Source of the DNA: Macrostomum lignano
Taxonomy: Eukaryota
Assembly: GCA_002269645.1 (NCBI GenBank)
Contig: NIVC01003535.1
Coordinates: forward strand, 28,425 to 92,424
Length of the DNA stretch: 64,000 bases
Reading direction: 5' to 3'
The translations under genes were made by a program, and so were the position numbers. The notes beneath the pieces are model-generated. The model was not told the DNA's origin. It searched no databases and saw nothing but the letters and a program-made list of their open reading frames with translations. Of the stretch, positions 22,694-34,500 are shown piece after piece; the stretch's first letter is position 1, and each line of letters starts with the position of its first letter.

Positions 22694-23530
22694 CTTGCCG
22701 TTTCGATCTTGATTTTCTACGCTCTGGTTGCTGGTCTGTTAATCTCTCTGCTTTTTTTCAGTGGAAATGTTGATTTGCTTTTTTAGCTTTTCTTTTCTGC
22801 ATAAATTACTTCAAAAAAGAGCCCGCGCAGGTGGCTCAGGTTGCTAAGGCTCGGGGCAAGGCGTTCTGGGGGTGGTCTTTACTTCAATTCACCTTGCGCA
22901 CCTAGGCAAGGGTTTTAAACGATGAAGAAAAAACGCGCGCAGCTGGCAGGGAGATGCTTCAATTAACCAGTTTATCGCAGTGGGGTAGACTCTGATCTGC
23001 CTTGCCCATTTCCAGTCTGTCTCAAATTACAGTATCTTTCGTCCAAGCGAAATGCCACAATGCCAAACTGTAGGGTCAGAGTCTGCCTTGCCCAGCGAGA
23101 GCTTTAATATTATTTAATACAATATAATTTGACAAGACCAAGCGGCAGACAATATGCTGTTTGGCGAATGCTCTACAGACGGGTGTCGCAGGATAAAAAA
23201 TTGTATGGAACCGTGAGAACTACGCTTGTTTAATTCCTTTCATCGCAGAAAGAACCCGAAGTTTCAGCAGAAAAATGTGTTGTGAGCGAACACCCTGCAA
23301 ACAAGAGTTTGATGATTGATCGTTAATCAATGCAATGTATTTTCTCCGGTTAGGGGTCGATATCAATGACGGGAAATGGAAAGTACGTGACCAGCACTTC
23401 CGTGTTGGTTAACTACGTAACTAATAAAGTTGTTTTCAGCATTTCGATTGGTAAAGTAATAAAACAATGTATATGAAATGCCCTTAATGCTACTTTCACT
23501 AGTCAATCGATCAGACCTACCGCATAGTAA

Positions 23531-23675
23531 TGGGGGAGCGCGACAATTGCACGACTGCTATAAATTAACTTGCCGAGAATTTAGGTTAGGGTTTAAAACA
23601 AATTTAGGATAGGGCTAGGTTCAGCAGTCAATTGATGACAATCAAATTATTGATGGTAAATTGTCGTAGGCCCCA
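23531..23675. mobile_element. 145-bp MITE with ~17-bp imperfect TIRs and GTAA target-site duplication
   Basis: gtaa|tgggggagcgcgacaatt ... aattgtcgtaggcccca|gtaa; interior has telomere-like ttaggttaggg. Confidence 0.6.
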
Positions 23676-24221
23676 GTAAGGTTAATCTTACCCTCCTAGA
23701 TGGCTATTATCAAAATATAGTTGCACCCCCCTTAACTCTTTCATCAAGAAGAGTTTAAGTAATTTTCTTTCATCCCAACGAAACTGCTTTACCTTTTTCT
23801 GCTGTGCTGCTACAGAGAGCTACCAGGACTGTATGTACCTTAAACATGAATTGAGCCCCAAGATCTAACCTAAATGCAAGTTTCAGTGATTTATTCAAAC
23901 TCACTGAAAGTTTGCGCGCATTTTTCGTCACCACCAAGTGTTGCAAGGTTGGCTGTTGAACCCTGGACAACGCGCTTGCAAGTAAGGGGTGGGGGTTGTT
24001 AAGTTTGTTTAATTGTAACTATCGAGCTATACCAAAGCCTGACTTGACCGACACCACGCCACCAACCGATTCTGCTGCGTATTAAACATAAACAAAAATT
24101 CAACTTTGTCAGGGCGCTTTCAAATAGCTAAAACGATACGCAATTTCTGGAGTCCTCGGGTCTTTCCTCACAATTGCTGTCTGTTGCCCAGTTAGTACTG
24201 CTTCAAGTTTCAGCCGCACAA

Positions 24222-26184
24222 ATGGGAAATACTGTGGACAAAATGCGTCAGCGAGAATTGGCTAAACGCGAGTCGAAACGCGAAGAGTTGGTGGCGTTTC
24301 TGGAGAGCAGCAAGCGACGGCACAGCCTACTGGAGGTTAACGGACAGCTTGGTGCTGATGAGGCTCAGCAAGCTTACTTTGCAGACGGTGACAGGTAGCC
24401 TATCCTCTTTCAGTGACTCATATGAAGTCAATTTTGGTTTCAAAAGTATGTTTCTGTTCATGTAAATTGTTATAGGTTTGGAAGCGTTGCAGATGCCGCA
24501 AACATCCCTCCTTGTCAAATTTTTTATAGTGCGGTGGTCAACTATTGATAATAATTGCATTAGGTGATACGCTCGTACTCAAATTCAAATTTCTTTCAGA
24601 CAAGCGGCCTTCGCTCGAGGCCAGCTAGCTGCGCAGGTTCTGGATGGGGACGATGATCACAGGCTGACTGACCGAGAGCGCGAAGCTTGGCTCTACCGAA
24701 TGGAAAACGAAGCGCTGGAAGTCATGAACGACAATATGGAGTTGCAGGAGGAGCGTCGGCGAGAGCGAGAGAGGCGCGAAGAACGACGCGAGGAGCTGGA
24801 GAACATGGGTGTGGATGGGATGGGCGATCCGGACCACGATGATGGCAATGCCAACCGAGGTTAGCTATCGAGATTTGATTTGATTTTTTGGATCAACCAA
24901 CCAAATAACCAACCAACCAACCAACCAACTAACCAACCAACCAACCAACCAACCAACCAACCAATCAACCAACCAACCAACCAATCAACCAACCAACCAA
25001 CCAACCAACCAATCAACCAACCAACCAACCAACCAACCAACCAAACAACCAACCAACCAACCAATCAACCAACCAACCAACCAACCAACCAATCAACCAA
25101 CCAACCAACCAACCAACCAACCAACCAACCAACCAACCAACCAACCAACCAACTAACCAACCAACCAACCAACCAACCAACCAACCAATCAACCAACCAA
25201 CCAACCAACCAACCAATCAACCAACCAACCAACCAACCAACCAACCAACCAACCAACCAACCAACCAACTAACCAACCAACCAACCAACCAACCAACCAA
25301 CCAACCAGCCAGCCAACCAACCAACCAACCAACCAACCAATCAACCAACCAACCAACCAATCAACCAACCAACCAACCAACCAACCAACCAACCAACCAA
25401 CCAACCAACCAACCAACCAACCAACCAACCAACCAACCAACCAACCAACCAACCAACCAACCAACCAACCAACCAACCAACCAATCAACCAACCAACCAA
25501 CCAACCAACCAACCAACCAACCAACCAACCAACCAACCAACCAACCAACCAACCAACCAACCAATCAACCAACCAACCAACTAACCAACCAATCAACCAA
25601 CCAACCAACCAACCAACCAACCAACCAACCAACCAACCAACCAATCAACCAACCAACCAACCAACCAACCAACCAACCAACCAACCAACCAACCAATCAA
25701 CCAACCAACCAACCAACCAACCAACCAACCAACCAACCAACCAACCAACCAACCAACCAACCAACCAACCAACCAACCAACCAACCAACCAGCCAGCCAA
25801 CCAACCAACCAACCAACCAACCAACCAATCAACCAACCAACCAACCAATCAACCAACCAACCAACCAACCAACCAACCAACCAACCAACCAACCAACCAA
25901 CCAACCAACCAACCAACCAACCAGACGAGCCACTGCAGGATGAGCGTTCCCCAGTCTCCTCTCGTCAAAGTAGCTTAGCGGTTTCCGACGACGACGATAC
26001 AGCCGATGACGATTTTGCAAGCGATGAGCCCGATGACGATGACTTCGAAGAAGAAGTGGACGCCGACGAGCCGGCTGATGAAGCATCAGTCGGAGCGGAG
26101 TCGGACCGTGACGAACCTGAGCCGATGATCGAAGAAACTGGAGGAGGAGACGATGAGGAGCAGCGTCGCGGAGAGTATGAGTAA
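24222..26184 (+). CDS. Orphan acidic / coiled-coil protein, 230 aa, 3 coding exons
   Basis: Exons 24222-24394, 24600-24859, 25925-26184; GT-AG, phases 2 and 1 match; 693 nt, ending in [20 protein letters not shown]..., an [15 protein letters not shown] helix and a D/E-rich tail. An acceptor at 24213 implies a further upstream exon. Confidence 0.75.
24893..25922. repeat. (CCAA)n tetranucleotide microsatellite, ~1 kb, filling intron 2 of the orphan gene
   Basis: Direct reading; occasional TCAA, CTAA and CCAG variants. Confidence 0.98.
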
Positions 26185-28569
26185 AACTTGCAGTGGTCAG
26201 TTTTTCACTTTGAGCTGCACAACGGTCAAATCGCCACGGACATTTCTTGTATTTCTCTTCCTTATGTACAGAAATGTATAAAGGACAAAACAAGTAATGA
26301 TCCCAAGATACGATTTCAATGAACGCCTACATGTACGAGTATTAAATAGTTGGCCACTATCTCCAGTTCTTTCTATGATTTCAATAAGCTTACACGTATG
26401 TTTGTAGAAGTACTTTCACTTTCCAGCATGTAAGATAGAAAGACTTTATATACTAAGGTAGAAAATAGATACTACAGCTACACGAAACTGTGAATAGATT
26501 CAACTATTCAGTTGAATTGCTTTTGACTCTTTCTGCCCTTCTAAGGGCCGGATGAAAGCATTATGCCGGCGCTTAAGATGACATCCCCATTCACCCCAGC
26601 AACTCAAAATGATTCGGAACTCAAAACATGGCAACATTGTGATTGGCTAATGATCGAGAGTTTAGTAATTTAACTTTTTTTCCAATATGCCAAAAATTAA
26701 GCGTTTCTTATCTACCATGTAGTATCGTATGTACGAGTAATTTGTAAGAAAGATCGGTAAATTACGCGGAGTTACTTAAAAAACTGGTAAAGCTTTACGT
26801 ACTACGGATATTACTCGTAATTTATTTTCACTGTCTGTATTTTTGCAAATAATAATGGGAGGTTAGCGAAATCTATTCTGTCAGAAATTTAAACAACACA
26901 CTATTGACTATATGTACATATAGTACTCGCTTTGCTGCAATGGCAATTAACGTCTTGGTTATTCTTATTTCTATTTCATTTGTCTATGAAACATACGGTA
27001 CATACAGTATGTATAATATGAACCACATGAACTACATGTAGATTACATTCAGATGGACAGATCATCTTCATCTAAACTGAGCGTGACGCGCTTGGGTTGA
27101 CGTCGACTATATGTAACGGAATAAGTGTGGGTGAGATTGCATGGCCTGGACGGGACATGGACAACCAGCAAAAACGGCTCACCTAGCGAAATGTTAATTG
27201 AGAGGGTAAGAAAATACACGTATCCATGTAAAAGAAAGAAGCAAGTGTGCCATTGTGCCTGCTAACCGCTTAGGGCGCCCCCAACAGGGTGTCTCTAAGG
27301 TGGCTCCCAGGGAAGTCGGGCCATTCCGAGGCCACGAGCTGGCCAATGGCCTGGCCGAGATTGCTCGACCAGTGATCGGGATCCTCATGGCTCCCTGCTC
27401 CCACCCATACCGCCGTTGTCACCCTGCACTTGGATTAACTGCCGTGGGTTACATCTAAGCATAGGGAAAGGGGCATGGGCTAACAGCCCACCTCCTGAGC
27501 TGCTGTTCCCTGTCACTCCCCCGCCCACCGCGGCTGATTGCATGGACTTAACAACTGCAGGGACATCTGCAGGGCGGTAACGGTAACCATGACCCTCTCA
27601 GTCATAGCTGCTTCACTGCTTTGCATTGTTACTTCCATGAAAAATCTGCAGTGATTCTGCATGCATAAAAAATCGTTGCATTTAATCATTTTCAGCAAAA
27701 TGCGTAGTTTTATTTGATCAAGACTTTATGGCCGGGCCCACTGAGTGGGCCCATCTTGTTGATATTTATCGTCTTTGATTTCGTTTTAGCCACTCTGTGG
27801 TGTGGGCCGACTTCATACTCGAAGAATTTGGTTATAGAGACAATCGGGATAAACTTCTACTCAAAATATTTATATTTGTAACATCGTTTTGACATCAGTC
27901 ATCGACAAGCACGATATTTAAAAAAGCGTGACTCAAATTGTCGCATTATATCAAAGTTTTTTTTATTGTTTTTGGTGTCAGTTTTGACTTAAAGTAAAAA
28001 CACAATTTTGTATAAGAGAAAAAATATGTTATAAATATTTATTTATTAATATCTACAGTTTACAAGCTTCTAAAGCCAGTCAATATTGCCAGTAAAATAA
28101 TAGAATATAATAATAGAATGATCAGACATCATTACCTGATGAACAATGAATATTAATAAATATATTTTTTCTGAGTAATCATTAAATGATATTTAAAATG
28201 TCTTAATTTTTAATCACGATATATTTATATAGGCCTACAGTAGACTAGTACTCGAAAATAGGCTTAGCCCTAGTTACTAATATAATTTTTTAAATAGCAA
28301 GAGATACAGACTGAATACTAATAAAAATACCCTTTACTTTCTGCATTCTTTGAGAAACATTAGTCCCCCTATTTTTTGCTGTCAAGTTGAACTTGAAGAA
28401 AGTTAGAGGTGTAGCAAGTCCTAGGCTACACTATACTAGCCTAGTAGTCTGATAATTCTTACTTAGTCTCAAATCATAAAATTGTGCTTTGATTGTCAAA
28501 ATTGTCATTTGACATGTTACTAGCATCAAACTATTACTGTTTAGCCCTACAAAGCATTTACTATCAATA

Positions 28570-31500
28570 ATGCTAGACTCTCTGCAATTTGCATTAAACC
28601 AAATAGAAAATTTGGTTGGTTCCCTTAACAAAAAGACTTTAAAGCAGTCAATTTCTGAAATTACTCAGGTAAGTTCTACTAAAATTAATAAGAGTAATAA
28701 TATGTCCTAAATTATCTAATGTCTTCATTAAGTTATATTTTATAAATATTTTAGGTTAAGGTAAAGAAAGTTTTATATTGAGTAAAGTTTATGCATGATG
28801 CATTAATAGAAAGTCAATATGAAATGATTTGTTAAAAAACATTTTTGCCAAGTTTATTTACCAAAAACCTTGCCAAAACATGATTTGTGTTTATATACAT
28901 GGTAGCCATCTACCTAATGTTTTAATTGCCTACATGGCAGTCTGCATCTTGTAAATAATATATTATATACTATTCTAATCATTGAAAATTAATATTCAAA
29001 TTAACAAAAAATAGCAATAAATTAAAATTATATAGGCCCTAATATTTAGCTAAAGGATAAAACAGGTAACAGCTTATTAATTAAATTAATAGCAATATGC
29101 AAATATGAAGGAAAGGGTCTAATTTGCTATAGGCCTATTGCCCTTTTGTCCCACTTTTGAATCTTAAATAAATACTAGAAAATTCTATCATATAATGGAC
29201 TTGAAAAATGGTTGGCATAAAGTATCTAGCGTATAAAACAATCCATTATAAAATTATGCCATAGAGCTAGTATATGGTATAGCTATTATTGGCATACAAT
29301 AGACCAAAAAATGTTATAATACAAAAAGGGTCTTATATTGTTGCAATACAAAAAGGTCTTTATTTGTCACAAAGCAAAGAAGGTTATTGTTGTTGCAATG
29401 CTTTTTTGATAATGTCCAGTATATAGATCACAAGTAAATTTGTTTTTTTTTTCTGTTATAAATTTAAATTTATAGTGTAGGGCAATGGTTCTCACAAGTG
29501 GAGTAAACTGCTGCTATGCCTATAAGCTCTCTGTTTATATGAATGTTTATAATAGAATATATGTAAATTTAGCAATAAACAAATTTAGTGATAGAAATGT
29601 AATATAGACAAATTTGGAAAAAAAGCAAATTTGGTAATAATCTAAACAAATTTAGCAATAAGTCTTTTATAAAACTAAAGTTAACATAGCTAAAGTTAAA
29701 ACAAATTATATATAAAGCTTTTTTAAATACTTGTGAAAAGTCTATTTTCTCGAAAATTTTGCTTTGCATTTCTGTCCAATTTCTTAAAGCCATTGTTTTA
29801 TTTAGATAGACTCAATGACAAGTCAAATGCCTATTATCTTATTTGATTATTAGTTTAACAGTCCTTTGCTATGTATAATCAATGTATATCATACCCAAGT
29901 GACTAATCAATTGACCTATTCAGTGATTTTATTTTACTAAACTAAAGCCCTTATGACCTTTGGTAGAAAAATACATTCAATCAAAATAAATTAGGTAGTC
30001 CCATATCTTTTTTTATTTTTTATTAGAGGCAGGGGGGTTGTGTGCACCCTGGTGCACTTTAAGCAACATAGGCACACAACCGGCGAGAGGCATTACTGCC
30101 CATTCCGCTGACTCCCTTAAGCAGGCATACAAGTGCGCAGATGCGTACGCAGGCACACAATCACACAGGAGTGTACAGCAGCCCTAACTTTATATTATCA
30201 TTAGGCATGTACACTTCATTGCGCCTTGGGGGGTTGGCTCTCAAGGTCATTAATTGCACAAGCAGAGCCAAGCCGAGATTCCAATCCAGCCCCAAATTAA
30301 TGTGACTGCACTTGGAATCAAGCCTGGGTTGCTGGCACACCAGAACAGCTGTGCTACTGCTGGGTTATGGCCCCCCTGTCCCACATCTTGAAAAATGAAT
30401 TAAAATTTCTTCAAAAGCATAAATGAAAAGCATTGTTTAGATAAAACAAACTCAATTTAAAGGGAAAGCTAGATTTGACTAATACTATTGTATCAAAATA
30501 ATTAGTAGCATTATGAGTGATACACATTTTTTTCTTTATTGTTGCCAAGTTTGACTAGGGGCCTAGATTGTTGCCAAGTTTGACTAGGGGCCTAGATTGT
30601 TGCCAAGTTTGACTAGGGGCCTAGATTGTTGCCAAGTTTGACTAGGGGCCTAGATTGTTGCCAAGTTTGACTAGGGGCCTAGATTGTTGCCAAATTTGTC
30701 CATAGTGAAACTCTTGCCAATGAAATGTATTTATTGCTAAATTGGTGAGCACCTATATAATATAGGACATGGATAGGGAAACAAGATCTTCATTTTAATG
30801 TTTTATATATTTTAACAATTTACATTTTAACATTTCAATGTTATTTGTTTTTTAGTTCATTTTTTTATTTATTCTCTTTGTCTATTATTGACTTTTGGCA
30901 TATTAACTGCTACCAATATGATGCATGACATATGGGCAATACCTTATTAGGTAATCTTTCTTTACCTAATTATAAATTCTATAATTCTTTTTTCATTTCC
31001 TATTTCAAAATCCTATCTCAAGTCATTAGATATTAGCCTTGGTAAATATAATTGAACATGAGCCAAAGAAATTTATTATAATAATAGTTGTATCCTGGTT
31101 GGCTATATTTCTTTTTCTACTAACTCAGTAGCATGCTTGGGTGCAACTTTGGGATTCACTTAGCCATTTCTATTGGCAACACACACACACACACACACAC
31201 ACGTAAGTTGCTATTGGATAGAATAGTAGTCACATGCTAATAGAAACTCTGGGTGATTCTCAAGGTTGTGCATGTATATTCAGTAGTATCATACATGTGC
31301 AATACCCATGTAGGGGCCTAGCCAAGGTAAGTTGCAAAAATGTTTACCCAAAAATAGACTTAATAGACTAAAAATTGAATTAATAAATTTACTAAACAAA
31401 AACTTTATGAATGAATGGACCCATTGTGATAGAACCAAGGGTAAGTTTTAATCATAGAATTAAACTATATTTTTATTAATTGTATTGAAAAATGAAAAAT

Positions 31501-34500
31501 GAATAAACACTTCTCTATATGCTTTGTTTATATCATATCACTCTATGTACTTTTTATCTTTGAAGAAAAAGTTATGTTATAAATTGAATATTCATTTACA
31601 TAAAATGCTATATGCATAAAGTAAAAGGGCCTTTGCAATAGACCTTATAGATAAGAATCGTATATTAAGACTGGGGCAAAATTTTTTATGCATTAGCCCT
31701 AATAAGTGTATGGCTATATGCAGAATCAAATGCAGGTACTTCAGTGATGATGCATTTCAGTTAATCTATTTAGGTAGATTATCCCTAGCTTAATGGATAA
31801 AATCCAATTGTTCACATCATCATTAACTATTCCTAGTTGGTGAACCAGCACGGATTTGAGGCGGAGCGCCATCTGTACAGATGCCTGTTCTCCAGCATAG
31901 ATTTCTCAGCTGCCAACAGCGGCTCCGGCGGCTACGACCGTCACAGCGGCATCAAAGACTTTCTGCAAATCCAGCTGCTCACCCAGGAGATCAACAGCCT
32001 ATTTGCTAAGCCCAATTTTGTCACTCTAATCTGCTACGCCATCGATCATCCGTTCTCAACACAGAAGACTCTCAGGCCCAACCAGAGTCTGCTGCCGCAG
32101 ATTAGCAGGACTCTGAAACTAACCCGAGCTCACGAGGTGACTCTGGGCTTAGCCCTGCTGTTCTCACTGCGTCAGGAGACTCGCGATGCTGCTCAAACCT
32201 GGCTACAGGCTAAACTGCCCGACCTGCTGAGATCCTACGTCGATGCCGACACTGGCAGTCACGACATCAGCGTCGGCGGCGGCATCGGCATTGGCACAGC
32301 CGGCCTGCAGGAGATGAGCATCGAGATGGTGCACCTCATACTGACTAAGCTGCGCGAAGAGCAGTTGGCTACAAAACGATTCGGCGCCAGTCCGGAACTT
32401 GTTGAAGCATTTCTACGCGTGTTGCGTAAAGATTTCCCTAAGCAGCGAGTGCCCGTAGTGCTGGCGCCGCTGCTCTACTCGGAGGCCGAAGATCTGCCCG
32501 TGTCTAAAACATTTAGAGAGCCGAGCTCGCTACAACAGATGGTTGTTAGCTCGAATTCCGCTTTGCAGGTGTGTGCGCGCGTGTTTACCTTTAGGGGGTG
32601 GGGGTAGAGAAATCACTAATCCAGACTAGGCTTTTACAAGAAGGCCCACAACACAAGAGTCTGGAGTGCCAACTCTTCCCCAAACCGCCTATTGTCAGAG
32701 AACTCAAGGACCACTATAGTATAACAGGACATGAAACTCAAAGATCGTGTAAATTTTTAGGATGCCGATTTCCTGGAAAACAATACACTTGCGTAGATAG
32801 GCAATAATCTTTTTCATAAAAAATCAATTATTGCATTTGATCTTAGTCAGTGAAGATTACCACAGTGTATATTTTCCAGGCAATAGGCCTCCATAAATAC
32901 ATTATATTTGAGTTTTATGTCCTGTTATACTACAACTGTGAGCTGTCTGCAGAGCCTCCAGTCTTGCCCGCAAAAGGTAGATTTTTAACAAATTTATAAT
33001 GAATAATTAGTTCACACATGTCAGCCTACTAATGTCTAAAAATGGAGTTGCTTGGCAAAGGCTTGGCTCTTCAGGCTCTGCTTCTTGGCCTCCTTGGCTT
33101 TAATCACAGCTCTTTTCACCATACTGTGCCGCACCCTTTGTTACTGAAGATAGAGCCACCTGCTTTGAAGCTAATAAAGGGGGCCGGGCAAAGATTGAAA
33201 TGTTATTCGATATCTAGCGAGCAAAAATAGAATTGAACACGTGTTTTTTAAACTTGATATTCGCTTGCTTAGTTGTGTTGTTTTATGGGTATCTTTTTTC
33301 CCTGCTCGATGTTAAGTAGCTACTCACAAGTAGTAAGCATAGTATACTGCATTTTATGTTCCATATTTTCTATAATTCATATTTCATTTGAAAAATCAAT
33401 AGTTTTATAGTAATTGAGATTCTTAGGTTTTCAAGGCTTCTATTATATAGGTTGTTTGACTACCAGCGACATTTGACTGTTAAAGACATTTGACTACCAG
33501 TGACATTTGACTGTCAGAGACATTTGACTACCAGTGACATTTGACTACCAGTGACATTTGACTGTCAGAGACATTTGACTACCAGTGACATTTGACTGTC
33601 AGAGACATTTGACTACCAGTGACATTTGACTACCAGTGACATTTGACTGTCAGAGACATTTGACTACCAGTGACATTTGACTACCAGTGACATTTGACTG
33701 TCAGAGACATTTGACTACCAGTGACATTTGACTACCAGTGACATTTGACTGTCAGAGACATTTGACTACCAGTGACATTTGACTACCAGTGACATTTGAC
33801 TACCAGTGACATTTGACTACCAGTGACATTTGACTGTCAGAGACATTTGACTACCAGTGACATTTGACTACCAGTGACATTTGACTGTCAGAGACATTTG
33901 ACTGTCAGTGACATTTGAATACCAGTGACATTTGACTGTCAGAGACATTTGACTACCAGTGACATTTGACTACCAGTGACATTTGACTGTCAGAGACATT
34001 TGACTACCAGTGACATTTGACTACCAGTGACATTTGACTGTCAGAGACATTTGACTACCAGTGACATTTGACTACCAGTGACATTTGACTACCAGTGACA
34101 TTTGACTACCAGTGACATTTGACTGTCAGAGACATTTGACTACCAGTGACATTTGACTACCAGTGACATTTGACTGTCAGAGACATTTGACTACCAGTGA
34201 CATTTGAATACCAGTGACATTTGACTGTCAGAGACATTTGACTACCAGTGACATTTGACTACCAGTGACATTTGACTGTCAGAGACATTTGACTACCAGT
34301 GACATTTGACTACCAGTGACATTTGACTGTCAGAGACATTTGACTATCAGTGACATTTGACTACCAGTGACATTTGACTGTCAGAGACATTTGACAACCA
34401 GTGACATTTGACTACCAGTGACATTTGACTACCAGTGACATTTGACTGTCAGAGACATTTGACAACCAGTGACATTTGACTGCCAGTGACATTTGAATAC

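Noticed and set aside
27240-27580. HDV-like ribozyme in a GC-rich island (GGCTAAC plus gtgggtt/agcccac pairing)
   Set aside because: I could not build P3/L3/P1/P1.1 with the required geometry; only a simple hairpin is supported. An Infernal search would settle it.
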